Source: Thainema sp. (GTDB taxonomy: Bacteria; Cyanobacteriota; Cyanobacteriia; Phormidesmidales; Phormidesmidaceae). From it: DNA of 64,000 bases. Position 1 is the first letter of the stretch. Each line of letters begins with the position of its first letter. The stretch spans positions 1 through 64,000 of the forward strand of contig JBQLZK010000036.1 of NCBI GenBank assembly GCA_052168235.1. Direction: 5' to 3'. This document shows, piece by piece, positions 31,054 to 40,862 of the stretch. The position numbers and the translations under genes are program-made. A model generated the notes under the pieces. That model worked only from the letters and a program-made list of their open reading frames with translations. It had not been told where the DNA came from and made no database searches.

Positions 31054-32127
31054 TTAAGTCAAAGCAGCCACAGATACCCGTGCCGCAATCTGCTGGGCAA
31101 TGCTCATCAGCGCTTTGGCCGAAGCTGAATCAGGGCTGTGCACCACAATGGGAATACCGAGATCGCCCCCTTCGCGCAGCGGCAGTTCTAGCGGCACACA
31201 GCCGAGCAGAGGAATGCCCAATTCTTGGGACGTTTTTTCGCCGCCGCCGGAACCAAAGATGTCGTATTGCTTATCCGGCATGTCGGGCGGAATAAAGTAG
31301 CTCATATTTTCCACAATGCCCAAAACTGGCACCTGCATCTGCTGGAACATCCGCAGTCCACGCCGCGCATCGGACAGAGCCACGTTTTGCGGCGTAGTCA
31401 CAATTACCGCTCCGGCCATGGGTACGGCCTGAGCCAGCGTCAACTGGGCATCTCCGGTGCCTGGTGGCATGTCCACAATCAGATAGTCTAAATCGCCCCA
31501 CTCAGCTTGATAGAGAAACTGGCGGATCACGCCATTCAGCATCGGGCCACGCCAGATCACGGGCTGATCCGGGTCAATCAAAAAGCCCATTGAAACTAAT
31601 TTGACGCCGTGATTGAACGCGGGTTCCAGAATTTCTTTGCCGTCTACCTGGCGCACCATCACTTGGGCATCTGCGAGACCCAGCATGGTTGGCGTATTTG
31701 GCCCATAGATATCCGCGTCAATCATGCCGACTTTGGCTCCGGTTTTAGCCAGCGCCACGGCCACGTTCACGGCCACGGTGCTTTTGCCGACACCACCTTT
31801 GCCGCTCGAAATGGCGAGAATATTTTTAACACCGTCGATTCCTTGCCGATCCGGCAGTGATGCCTTTTGCTGGGGCGTTTCTGCTGTGACTTCGACATCG
31901 ATCTGTTCCACTCCCGGTAGCGATCGCACCGCTCGCTTGCAGTCATCGACAATGAATTCCCGCAGCGGACAGGCTGGAGTCGTCAACACCACGGTGAAGC
32001 GCACTTGCCCATCCTCAACCTGGACATTACGAATCATGTTGAGTTCGACCAGGCTTTTTTGCAGTTCTGGATCTTGGACAGGACGTAGAACTTCTAAAAC
32101 GGAATTAGCATCAAGCGTTGTTGACAT
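31054..32127 (-). CDS. mrp: Mrp/NBP35 (ApbC) Fe-S cluster carrier ATPase
   Basis: N-terminal DUF59 (TTPACP), SGKGGVGKST, DMPPGTGD, ENMS. Confidence 0.95.
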   Translation of the reverse strand: MSTTLDANSVLEVLRPVQDPELQKSLVELNMIRNVQVEDGQVRFTVVLTTPACPLREFIVDDCKRAVRSLPGVEQIDVEVTAETPQQKASLPDRQGIDGVKNILAISSGKGGVGKSTVAVNVAVALAKTGAKVGMIDADIYGPNTPTMLGLADAQVMVRQVDGKEILEPAFNHGVKLVSMGFLIDPDQPVIWRGPMLNGVIRQFLYQAEWGDLDYLIVDMPPGTGDAQLTLAQAVPMAGAVIVTTPQNVALSDARRGLRMFQQMQVPVLGIVENMSYFIPPDMPDKQYDIFGSGGGEKTSQELGIPLLGCVPLELPLREGGDLGIPIVVHSPDSASAKALMSIAQQIAARVSVAALT

Positions 32128-32314
32128 TCTTTTCTCCCCCCACCTTTGATGCTGGGGCTCGCAACAGGGTTTATCTGGATCGGTTAGTTTGTGAGTTGCG
32201 ATCGCACTGCGATTCCAGTTGCGATCGCTCTCTAGAAATCTTACAAAACTTTTCGTAACGAAACGGAAATAAAGCGCAGGAAAGTTTTGTAAGCACACCA
32301 AAACATCCCTTTAC

Positions 32315-32415
32315 CTCATATCTTGCACCTTGCACTTTGAGAACCCGAAGAGGTTGTTTTGCCGCCGCATCGCGGCGGCAAAACAACCCTTCTGGGTTTT
32401 GGTGCAAGATGTGAG
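32315..32415. mobile_element. 101-bp MITE (family E)
   Basis: 15-bp TIRs CTCATATCTTGCACC/GGTGCAAGATGTGAG with internal GC hairpin; relatives at 35534 and 48396. Confidence 0.8.
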
Positions 32416-32499
32416 TTTACGAAAACTTACAATGTTAGGCTGACCCAGTCTGATGGCAGCTCTCAAATCACGGTTCAACTTTCAAGGAAAATCTGTCTT

Positions 32500-33081
32500 G
32501 TGCTCAAACGAAATGTTCTGATTGCCCTATGCTGTCTTTTGTCCAGCGTGTCTGCCGCTTGTGCTGTCTCATCGACTAAATCGACGGAGAGATCAGCCCC
32601 GACTGATCCAGTTAATCAGTCACTGGCAGAACGACCGGGTGTCACTCCCATTGCAGTGGAACAGCTACCGGATTTAGTGATGGGACAGGTGGTTTATGTT
32701 CCGATCTACTCAGAGATTTACGATTCTGACCCCAATCAGACATTTCAACTTGCTGCAACTCTTAGCCTGCGTAATACCGATTTGGACAGCCCAATCATAA
32801 TTGAGACTCTAGACTACTACGACTCTGGAGGAGCAAAGATCAGCACGTATCTAAGAACTCCCATTCAGCTAGCGCCCTTAGCCTCTTTTGAAATTGTGGT
32901 TGCGAGAAAAGACAGCTCTGGCGGATCTGGGGCGAACTTTATTGTGGAATGGCGAGCAAATGAAACTGTTAGTGAACCGATAGTTGAAGCAATCATGATT
33001 AGCAGCGCGTCTCAGCAAGGCATGTCGTTTGTGAGTCCAGGGCGAATTATTCAGGAACGACAGCCAGACGATTCACTCTAA
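32500..33081 (+). CDS. DUF3124-type putative lipoprotein
   Basis: GQVVYVPIYSEIY, ATLSLRNTD, GGSGANFIVEW; signal peptide ending in AAC; start uncertain. Confidence 0.8.
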   Translation: MLKRNVLIALCCLLSSVSAACAVSSTKSTERSAPTDPVNQSLAERPGVTPIAVEQLPDLVMGQVVYVPIYSEIYDSDPNQTFQLAATLSLRNTDLDSPIIIETLDYYDSGGAKISTYLRTPIQLAPLASFEIVVARKDSSGGSGANFIVEWRANETVSEPIVEAIMISSASQQGMSFVSPGRIIQERQPDDSL

Positions 33082-33157
33082 AAGATTCGCTCTAGAAGAT
33101 TCGCTCTAAATGTAAGCATGTAAGCCTAAAAACTATTTGGGATCAAAACTCGTCTCA

Positions 33158-34816
33158 ATGCCATTGAATATCGCGTCCTGTTGTCAACTGTCTAGAGCAC
33201 ATAATTGGTTGGCCAATACACCGAGCGCCTCTCCCCTAGAGCCGTCCCTGCCGCTACCGACAGAAGGGTTCACTGGGCTGGTGAGTGCCCTGATTGTGCT
33301 GCTGCTGGTTGCGACGGCTGTTGCGCTTGTGACGCGGCGGCTGCGCATTCCCTACGTTGTCGGCTTAGTCCTGGCCGGATTAGCCATCACCAAACAGGCT
33401 CTGCCCGAATCTGTCGGTCTGAATCCCGATGTGATTCTGAATTTATTTCTACCGATTTTGATCTTTGAAGCGGCGATTAATACTGATATCAGCCGTCTGC
33501 GGAGTACGATTAAACCGATTGCGCTTCTGGCTGGGCCAGGGGTGATGCTTTCAGCCGTGATTACAGCGGTGCTCCTTCAGACTTGGCTGGCTCTCGCCTG
33601 GATCACGGCAGCAGCAGTGGGCGTCATTCTCACGATTACAGATACCGTTTCGGTGATTGTGGCTTTTAGAAGCGTTCCAGTTCCGGCGCGACTCACGACG
33701 ATTGTGGAGGGCGAGAGCTTATTTAATGACGGTATTGCGCTGGTGCTGCTCAGTCTGATTACGACCATTCATCTGCAAGGCTCGTTCAGCTTGAGTGATG
33801 GGATTCAGCAGATGGTGATTGCCTTTGTTGGCGGTGGGGCCTTGGGGGTTGGGTTAGGGTATCTCTGTGTCGGGCTATTTCGTCAATTGGACGATGCTTT
33901 GAGTAACATCCTGCTGACTGTTGCGGTGTCGTTGGGCACGTTTCAAATCGGGCAGGCGTTGAGCGTATCCAGTGCGATCGCAGTTGTGGTTGCAGGGTTA
34001 GTGATTGGTAATTTGGGCTTTCGCAGCACTTCGGCTTCAACTCGTGTAACCCTGTTGAACTTCTGGGAGTATGCCGGATTTGGCGTTAATACCTTTATCT
34101 TCTTGCTGGTTGGAATTGAGGTGGAACCCCAAATCCTGCTGCAAACGGTTCCGGCAGCTCTGCTAGCCATCCTGGCCTATCAGATTGGTCGCATTTGCTC
34201 GATTTATCCCCTGCTCTTTCTACTGCGTTCCGTTGATCGACCACTGCCGTTACGGTGGCAGCATGTGCTGATTGCCGGAAACGTCAAAGGCTCCTTATCA
34301 ATGGCGCTGGCGCTCAGCTTGCCGTTTACGCTGCCGGGTCGCTCCGATGTGATCACGCTCGTGTTTAGCACCGTCTTAGTGTCCCTTGTCGGTCAGGGGT
34401 TGAGTCTACCCTGGCTGGTCAAACGTCTACGTCTGTCTACTCCCTCTGAGATCCGGCAGCGGATGGAAACGCTACAGCTCAACATGATTACGGCTAAAGC
34501 GGCTCAAGCGGAACTGCACCATCTCCTCAAGTTTGGCAGCTTGCCTAAGCCTCTCTATGAAGAACTGTTTGCCGCCTATCAAGCTCGCATTGCCTCATCC
34601 GAACGAGAGCTGCGTGATCTCTATAACCAACGCATCGCCGATGGCATGAATACACTAGAGGATCAAGGCTATCTGGACGGCACCCTGCGCCGTCTCTATC
34701 TGGCCGAAAAAGGGGCAATTAATGATGCGGTTCGTCAAGGCTTACTGTCCGATGAAACCTCTCAGTCATATCTGCGATCGCTGGATGAAAAGCTGCTATC
34801 GCTGAAGGATGATTAA
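33158..34816 (+). CDS. CPA1 (NhaP-type) cation/H+ antiporter
   Basis: FLPILIFEAA, TDTVSV, EGESLFNDG. Confidence 0.92.
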   Translation: MPLNIASCCQLSRAHNWLANTPSASPLEPSLPLPTEGFTGLVSALIVLLLVATAVALVTRRLRIPYVVGLVLAGLAITKQALPESVGLNPDVILNLFLPILIFEAAINTDISRLRSTIKPIALLAGPGVMLSAVITAVLLQTWLALAWITAAAVGVILTITDTVSVIVAFRSVPVPARLTTIVEGESLFNDGIALVLLSLITTIHLQGSFSLSDGIQQMVIAFVGGGALGVGLGYLCVGLFRQLDDALSNILLTVAVSLGTFQIGQALSVSSAIAVVVAGLVIGNLGFRSTSASTRVTLLNFWEYAGFGVNTFIFLLVGIEVEPQILLQTVPAALLAILAYQIGRICSIYPLLFLLRSVDRPLPLRWQHVLIAGNVKGSLSMALALSLPFTLPGRSDVITLVFSTVLVSLVGQGLSLPWLVKRLRLSTPSEIRQRMETLQLNMITAKAAQAELHHLLKFGSLPKPLYEELFAAYQARIASSERELRDLYNQRIADGMNTLEDQGYLDGTLRRLYLAEKGAINDAVRQGLLSDETSQSYLRSLDEKLLSLKDD

Positions 34817-34824
34817 AAGGAGAA

Positions 34825-35505
34825 TTAGGGCGAGCACAGTCCCATAAAGTCCAGCATTTTTCGAACGAGTTCCGGTTTTGTGACGGCTAGAATCGTGGAA
34901 CCACTTTCCAGCAGCGTACGGCCATTAGGGATAACGAGATCTTCGTGGGGATGGGCCTGATAACCGATGATCAGCGTACCAGCGGGAAATCGAGGATCTT
35001 GGGCAATTTCGGCCAGGCTGCGGCCCACGATGTAGCACTCTTGCGGGATCGTCAGCTTCAAGACTTCGATTTGTCCCTGTTCAAAGTGCATCATGGCATC
35101 GACTTGGGGATATTCAATCGCATTGACAACGCGGTTAATCGCCAGTTCTGTCGTGCTGATGATGTGGGTAGCTCCGGCCAGCAGATACGGTTCAGCAAAA
35201 TCGCGATCGCGCATTCGCACTACAATCTGTGGCACTTGATAGTGCTTTGAGAGCGTCACCAACGCCAAATTGAGCGCATCTTCCCGCAAGGCGGCAATCA
35301 CCGCTCCAGCTTTACGAATTCCCGCTTCCAACAGCGTTGTTGTGTTGACAGCACTGCCCTCAAACGCCATCACGCCAATTTTTTCACGGGCATACTGACA
35401 GGCCAAGATGTCTGTATCCACCACTGCAACGGTGTGTCCCATGTGCAGCAGCGTCTTCGCTAGCTCTAAACCCATCATGCCAGCCCCACCAATCACAACG
35501 TACAA
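34825..35505 (-). CDS. TrkA/KtrA-type RCK protein
   Basis: VIGGAGMMG nucleotide-binding N domain plus TrkA_C domain. Confidence 0.9.
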   Translation of the reverse strand: MYVVIGGAGMMGLELAKTLLHMGHTVAVVDTDILACQYAREKIGVMAFEGSAVNTTTLLEAGIRKAGAVIAALREDALNLALVTLSKHYQVPQIVVRMRDRDFAEPYLLAGATHIISTTELAINRVVNAIEYPQVDAMMHFEQGQIEVLKLTIPQECYIVGRSLAEIAQDPRFPAGTLIIGYQAHPHEDLVIPNGRTLLESGSTILAVTKPELVRKMLDFMGLCSP

Positions 35506-35533
35506 GTTTCTGCCTCGTTAACTGCGTTGTACC

Positions 35534-35591
35534 CTTACATCTCGCACCTTGCACTTTGAGAACCCTTCTGGGTTTTGGTGCAAGATGTGAG
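35534..35591. mobile_element. Family E MITE, internally deleted copy
   Basis: Same ends as 32315-32415 but lacks the 43-bp hairpin. Confidence 0.75.
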
Positions 35592-35667
35592 CTTCCGAAC
35601 TAATATAAAGCACCCTGAAACTGCGATCGCAGGTTTCACAGCAGTTCCGACAGAATAGCCAGATTGG

Positions 35668-36108
35668 TTAAGCACAGCAGCCTTGCTTCTGCGCTGGAGG
35701 ATTGTCCAGAGAAAAATTAATGTCAGGACTGGTATCAGCAACTTTGAGCACAAAAATTTCCCAGCGATTTTGATCCGGATCAGTTATCCAAACCTTGTCC
35801 TGGAGGGCATAGCAACAGTCGGTATCTTTCTCTTCAAAGGTCACCAGTCCGGCAGCTTGGAAACGTGCGATCGCAGTTTGCACCGCCTCTACACTATCCA
35901 CCTGAATGCCCAAGTGAGAGAGCGATCCGGGACTGGTGTTGTCATTGCTGACATTAAGCGTCAGGTTTAATCCTGGATTATCCAGATCAAACTTGGCGTA
36001 GTCAGCCTTGTGCTTAATTGGCTTGGTATTGAATAAAGTTTGATAAAACGCGATCGAGCGATTCAGATCGGCAACCTTTAAGGCGATGTGGGTTTTGAAG
36101 GGGGACAT
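35668..36108 (-). CDS. ArsI/CadI-family VOC metalloenzyme (putative C-As lyase)
   Basis: KTHIAL, SHLGIQV, TDCCYALQDKVW, WEIF. Confidence 0.88.
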   Translation of the reverse strand: MSPFKTHIALKVADLNRSIAFYQTLFNTKPIKHKADYAKFDLDNPGLNLTLNVSNDNTSPGSLSHLGIQVDSVEAVQTAIARFQAAGLVTFEEKDTDCCYALQDKVWITDPDQNRWEIFVLKVADTSPDINFSLDNPPAQKQGCCA

Positions 36109-36123
36109 GATTTTCTCCTTTGG

Positions 36124-36145
36124 TATTTAGAAAAATATCGAAATA
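36124..36145. promoter_or_regulatory. Putative ArsR operator, copy 2
   Basis: TATTTAGA-N6-TCGAAATA, same motif as 36563-36584. Confidence 0.6.
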
Positions 36146-36173
36146 AAGACGAAATTTTTTTGTTTAGTCTCAT

Positions 36174-36563
36174 TTATGTCTCGTCACAGCAGCCCGTTGA
36201 TGAGTCGTCTACCGCACTGTCAGTAACCTCTAGCTCTCCAACTTCAATCACCCGATTGCGGGTGCAGCACTCTTCAAATAGAAAATCAATGAGGGATTTG
36301 AGGGCTTCTGACCGCACGCTGTACCAAATCCACTGCCGATCTTTTTCAGCGGTGACGATGCCCACCTGGCGCAGTTTGTCGAGGTGATGCGAAAGAGTTG
36401 GGGCAGAGATATCCAGTTCTTTCTGAATTTCTCCAGCCGGCAACCCTTTGGGGTAGGCCGATAGCAGCAGCCGCACAACCCGTAATCGGGACGGTTGACC
36501 TAATGCAGCAAATGCGGCGGCGATGTCATCAATGGCAGACTGAGAGGAGTTTCCTATTTCCAT
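36174..36563 (-). CDS. arsR: ArsR/SmtB-family repressor with C-terminal Cys pairs
   Basis: FAALGQPSRL, TLSHHLDKLRQVGIV, EECC and GCC. Confidence 0.9.
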   Translation of the reverse strand: MEIGNSSQSAIDDIAAAFAALGQPSRLRVVRLLLSAYPKGLPAGEIQKELDISAPTLSHHLDKLRQVGIVTAEKDRQWIWYSVRSEALKSLIDFLFEECCTRNRVIEVGELEVTDSAVDDSSTGCCDET

Positions 36564-36598
36564 ATTTCGACAATATTCAAAATAAGTTTATCCGTCAA
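36563..36598 (-). promoter_or_regulatory. Sigma70-type promoter and operator of arsR (leaderless)
   Basis: TTGACG-17-TATTGT-6 nt-ATG; palindrome TATTTCGA-N6-TCAAAATA overlaps the -10 box and start codon. Confidence 0.7.
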
Positions 36599-36709
36599 GT
36601 GCAAAGCAAGTACAAAGTTAATAGCGCTAAATCGGTTGCACTCCGGAGGGCAGCGTTCTCCTATATATAATCCAGAGGAGATACCTGCTTGTGCAACTGT
36701 TTAAATTCA

Positions 36710-37018
36710 ATGGCTGACCGTGATTTGTACTCCGGGCTGATTCGTCTTCATATTCTTCACCATGCTGTTCACGAGCCAATTTTTGGCCTGGGCATCATTG
36801 AAGAATTAGAGCGTCACGGCTATAAGCTGAGTCCGGGTACTCTATATCCCATCCTGCATGGGTTAGAGCGTAAAGGTTATTTAACTTCCTACAACGAACG
36901 GTCGGGGCGACAGTCCCGAAAATTCTATCAGGCGACGGCTGAAGGTAAGGCCGCGCTGGACGAAGCGAAGGAGAAGGTTCGCGAACTATTTGGTGAGCTG
37001 TTTGAGGATGAAGCTTGA
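36710..37018 (+). CDS. PadR-family regulator upstream of chrA
   Basis: LSPGTLYPILHGLERKGYL, RKFYQATAEGK. Confidence 0.9.
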   Translation: MADRDLYSGLIRLHILHHAVHEPIFGLGIIEELERHGYKLSPGTLYPILHGLERKGYLTSYNERSGRQSRKFYQATAEGKAALDEAKEKVRELFGELFEDEA

Positions 37019-37152
37019 CGCGTGCGCTGTTTGGAAAGCGGTACCTTACAGCATTATCTGTGGTGTATTCTGCACTATAGTTCTTCGTTATCGAGATGCG
37101 ATATTGTGTTTCTAATCAATTCTGTTCTATATCGCTATTACTCGGTTAAGCT

Positions 37153-38379
37153 ATGGCTGCTCCAGAATCTCAGGAATCGAGAAGTCAACCCGACGACAAG
37201 AATTCTGCACCTTTTTTAGCGCTGAGTCCGACACAGCAGCAGCAACGATTGAAGGAACTAGCGGCAGTATTCTTTCGACTGGGTTGCATCGCTTTTGGTG
37301 GCCCAGCCGCCCATATCGCCATGATGGATGATGAGGTGGTCAAGCAGCGACAGTGGATGAGCCGTGAGCAACTCTTGGATTTAATTGGTGTCACCAATCT
37401 GCTGCCAGGGCCAAACTCGACTGAGCTAGCCATTCATATTGGCTACGAGCGAGCGGGCTGGAAAGGGTTGTTTGTGGCGGGGAGCTGTTTCATTCTGCCC
37501 GCCATGACGATTGTTTGGATTCTCGCGGCACTCTATGCCCGCTATCAAACTGTTCCCCAGGTAGAGTGGCTGCTGTATGGGATCAAACCTGTCATTATTG
37601 CGATCATCTTGCAGGCTCTCTTTAAGTTGGGCAAAAAAGCAATTAAGGATAGACCCACGACTATTGCGGCGATCGGCGTGATCGTGGCGTACTTTCTGAA
37701 CGTGAACGAGATTCTGCTGCTGCTGCTGGCAGGGCTGGCGGTAATGTTGATCAAGAACGTGCGACGGGGAGGTATTACAGCCTTATTGCTGCCGCTCTCG
37801 GGAACACTGGCCCAAACAGATGCCACGACAGCAACCACAGCAGTTGCCACACCGAGCTGGATTCAGGTGTTTCTTTTCTTTCTCAAAATTGGGTCAGTAC
37901 TCTACGGGAGTGGCTACGTGCTGCTGGCCTTTCTACAGCGGGATCTGGTGGAGCGATTAGGCTGGCTGACCTCTCAGGAACTGCTGGATGCGATCGCAAT
38001 CGGCCAGTTCACTCCTGGGCCTGTGTTTACCACAGCAACTTTTGTAGGGTATCTATTAGCTGGCAATGCGGGCGCGATCGCGGGCACTGTCGGTATCTTT
38101 CTGCCTGCATTTTTACTCGTAGGAATTGTCAATCCCTGGGTGCCTGCGTTGCGCCGCTCTCGCTGGTTTGGCGCTTTTCTGGATGGAGTCAATGCGGCCT
38201 CACTAGGCTTGATGGCAGGCGTCGTGTTTACCTTGGGACGCACCGCTCTGGTGGACTGGGTGACGATTGTGTTGGCGATTTTAGCTGCGATCGCGGTTTT
38301 TCGATTTAAGGTCAACTCCGCCTGGATTGTATTAGCTGGCGGCATCGTAGGGTTCATTGCTCAGCAACTGATAGGTTAA
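37153..38379 (+). CDS. chrA: Chromate efflux transporter (long-chain CHR)
   Basis: AFGGPAAH, LPGPNS, YGSGY, TPGPVF duplicated CHR motifs. Confidence 0.93.
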   Translation: MAAPESQESRSQPDDKNSAPFLALSPTQQQQRLKELAAVFFRLGCIAFGGPAAHIAMMDDEVVKQRQWMSREQLLDLIGVTNLLPGPNSTELAIHIGYERAGWKGLFVAGSCFILPAMTIVWILAALYARYQTVPQVEWLLYGIKPVIIAIILQALFKLGKKAIKDRPTTIAAIGVIVAYFLNVNEILLLLLAGLAVMLIKNVRRGGITALLLPLSGTLAQTDATTATTAVATPSWIQVFLFFLKIGSVLYGSGYVLLAFLQRDLVERLGWLTSQELLDAIAIGQFTPGPVFTTATFVGYLLAGNAGAIAGTVGIFLPAFLLVGIVNPWVPALRRSRWFGAFLDGVNAASLGLMAGVVFTLGRTALVDWVTIVLAILAAIAVFRFKVNSAWIVLAGGIVGFIAQQLIG

Positions 38380-38390
38380 ACGAAGTTTTA

Positions 38391-39359
38391 ATGACGCGAC
38401 AAACTCTAGAGCAATACCAGATTTGGTTGTACCTAGTAGCGTTGTCACTTGGCAGTGCACTCGGTTGGCGATCTGCTGCTTTCTCAGAGGGTTTAGAGTA
38501 TGGCATCTGGCTTACGCTTGGCATCCTGCTGTATGCCACCTTTTGCCAGGTACCACTCATGCATCTAGGGCAGTGCTTTCGCCATCGTCGCTTTATGGCA
38601 GCATTGCTAACGGGCAATTTTATACTCGTACCCTGCGTGGTGTGGGCATTAGTCAATTTATGTCTCAGCGATCCAAAGCTCCAGTTTGGAGTTTTTTTGG
38701 TGCTGCTGGTGCCCTGTACCGACTGGTTTTTAACCTTTACCTATTTAGGACGGGGCAATTTGCCGTTAGCCGTTGCTTCTACTCCTGTATTGCTCTTAGC
38801 ACAAAGCCTCGTACTGCCCTTGTATCTATGGTTGTTTACAGATAGACAACTGAGGGGGCAGATCGACCCAACTGTGTTTGTGGATGCTTTAGTGAGTTTA
38901 ATTTTGCTACCCCTGGGTTTGGCATTGCTGACCGAGCAATGGGGTAAGATTCATGCCCTAGGCCAACGCTGGTTAACATTCACCAGTTGGTTACCAATTC
39001 CGCTACTCGCATTAACATTGCTGTTAATTTCTGCCTCCCAAATACAGGCGATTGTGATGGAATCACTCTATGGAATGGGACGTGTGATACTCATTTTTGT
39101 GGCCTTTTTGCTAATTAACGGTTACTTATCACGCTGGATAGGACGGCTCTTTCATCTGGAAACAGCAGTGAATCGCACGTTAGCCTTTAGTTTGGGCACC
39201 CGAAATTCGTTTGTGGTGCTGCCTTTTGCTCTCGCGCTACCTGATACTTGGTCGGTAGTGGTAACAATAGTAGTACTACAACCATTGGTAGAACTAACAG
39301 GCATGATTGGCTATCTATGGTGGGTGCCCCAGAAATTGCTAAAAGATACCAGTTCTTGA
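38391..39359 (+). CDS. Acr3/BASS-superfamily transporter (arsenic resistance protein-like)
   Basis: LLVPCTDWF, TRNSFVVLP, QPLVEL; about 10 TM. Confidence 0.8.
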   Translation: MTRQTLEQYQIWLYLVALSLGSALGWRSAAFSEGLEYGIWLTLGILLYATFCQVPLMHLGQCFRHRRFMAALLTGNFILVPCVVWALVNLCLSDPKLQFGVFLVLLVPCTDWFLTFTYLGRGNLPLAVASTPVLLLAQSLVLPLYLWLFTDRQLRGQIDPTVFVDALVSLILLPLGLALLTEQWGKIHALGQRWLTFTSWLPIPLLALTLLLISASQIQAIVMESLYGMGRVILIFVAFLLINGYLSRWIGRLFHLETAVNRTLAFSLGTRNSFVVLPFALALPDTWSVVVTIVVLQPLVELTGMIGYLWWVPQKLLKDTSS

Positions 39360-39633
39360 CAAGAGCTTCACCAGGATTTGAGTCGTATATTTTGAGATAC
39401 AAAACGCCCTTCAACTGACACAACTTAATCGCTCGTCAAGCTGGTCAGCGCTACTGTACCCCAGGATGGATTCAGGTGAAATCTTTGGGGTAGGGACACG
39501 GCAATGCCGTGTCCCTACGAATGGAATGATTGACAGGCTATTTAATTCACGCTCCTAAGCAAGCATTTCATAAAAAGTAAATGATGGGGTTTCAACCGAA
39601 TCTCATATAACTCGTTTCATGATTCTCTCCCGG

Positions 39634-40788
39634 TTAGGTGTCGTATTTTAGGCAACGAGGATCGGGCAACGTTGCCTTCTCTGGCTGACGGGGAAACCAA
39701 AAAGCAGTCCGTTTGCAAACTTCGACCAGCATGAGCATGACCGGGACTTCGATCAGCACACCGACCACGGTGGCAAGTGCTGCACCGGAGTTGAGGCCAA
39801 ACAGTGTGACGGCAGTTGCGATCGCAACTTCAAAGTGATTACTCGCTCCAATCAGTGCGGCAGGTGCGGCATCTTCATAGACCAGCTTCAGCTTTTGGGC
39901 AGCAACGTAGGTAATCAGGAAAATAAAGTTGGTCTGAATGAACAGGGGAACGGCAATCAGCAGGATATGCAGCGGATTGTTGACGATCAGTTCGCCTTTG
40001 AAGGCAAAGAGCAAGATGAGGGTAATCAAAAGGGCTGCGATCGCAACTGGACTCAGGTACTTGAGAAAGACCTGATCAAACCAGGCTTTGCCCTTGTGGC
40101 GCAGAATCCAGGTGCGCGAGATCGCTCCTGCGAGTAAGGGAAGGCCCACGTAGACCAGCACCGACAGCACAATCGTTTCCCACGGCACCGTGAGATTATT
40201 GGCCGAGAGCAACCAGCCGCCCAGCGGCGCATAGAGAAACAGCATCGCCAGCGAGTTAATCGCCACCATCACCAGCGTATGTCCTTGATTGCTGTAGGAC
40301 AGATAGCCCCACATCAGCACCATTGCCGTACAGGGGGCGATGCCCAGCAGGATCGCGCCAGCAATATAGGAATTGGCTAGCGAGACTTCAACGCCGCGAA
40401 TGATTTCGGTACTCTCCAAGAGTGGACGAAACAGCCAACCCAGAAAGAACTGGGCAAAGGCCACCATCGTAAACGGCTTGATCAGCCAATTCACCACCAG
40501 CGTCAACATCACGGGTCTGGGCGTTTGGGCCGCTTGCTTGGCCTGAGAAAAATCAATCTTGACCATGATGGGATACATCATGAAAAAGAGGCAAACGGCA
40601 ATCGGCACAGACACCTGATAGATGCTCATGGCATCCAGAGCTTCTGCGAGATTGGGAAACGCACGGCCCAGCGCAATCCCGATTAGAATGCACAGGATGA
40701 CCCAAACAGTTAGATATCGTTCAAAAAGACTCAGCGTTCCTCCGGCTTGCACGGCTTTGGATTGCACATTCCGATACTCTTGTGTCAT
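39634..40788 (-). CDS. acr3: ACR3 arsenite efflux permease
   Basis: [40 protein letters not shown]. Confidence 0.95.
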   Translation of the reverse strand: MTQEYRNVQSKAVQAGGTLSLFERYLTVWVILCILIGIALGRAFPNLAEALDAMSIYQVSVPIAVCLFFMMYPIMVKIDFSQAKQAAQTPRPVMLTLVVNWLIKPFTMVAFAQFFLGWLFRPLLESTEIIRGVEVSLANSYIAGAILLGIAPCTAMVLMWGYLSYSNQGHTLVMVAINSLAMLFLYAPLGGWLLSANNLTVPWETIVLSVLVYVGLPLLAGAISRTWILRHKGKAWFDQVFLKYLSPVAIAALLITLILLFAFKGELIVNNPLHILLIAVPLFIQTNFIFLITYVAAQKLKLVYEDAAPAALIGASNHFEVAIATAVTLFGLNSGAALATVVGVLIEVPVMLMLVEVCKRTAFWFPRQPEKATLPDPRCLKYDT

Positions 40789-40862
40789 ACGTCTACCGAT
40801 TCTCTAAACTGCGACAACAAATTAGCTTCCTTGCTCCCCTGCACCGATGCTCACAACCAGGA

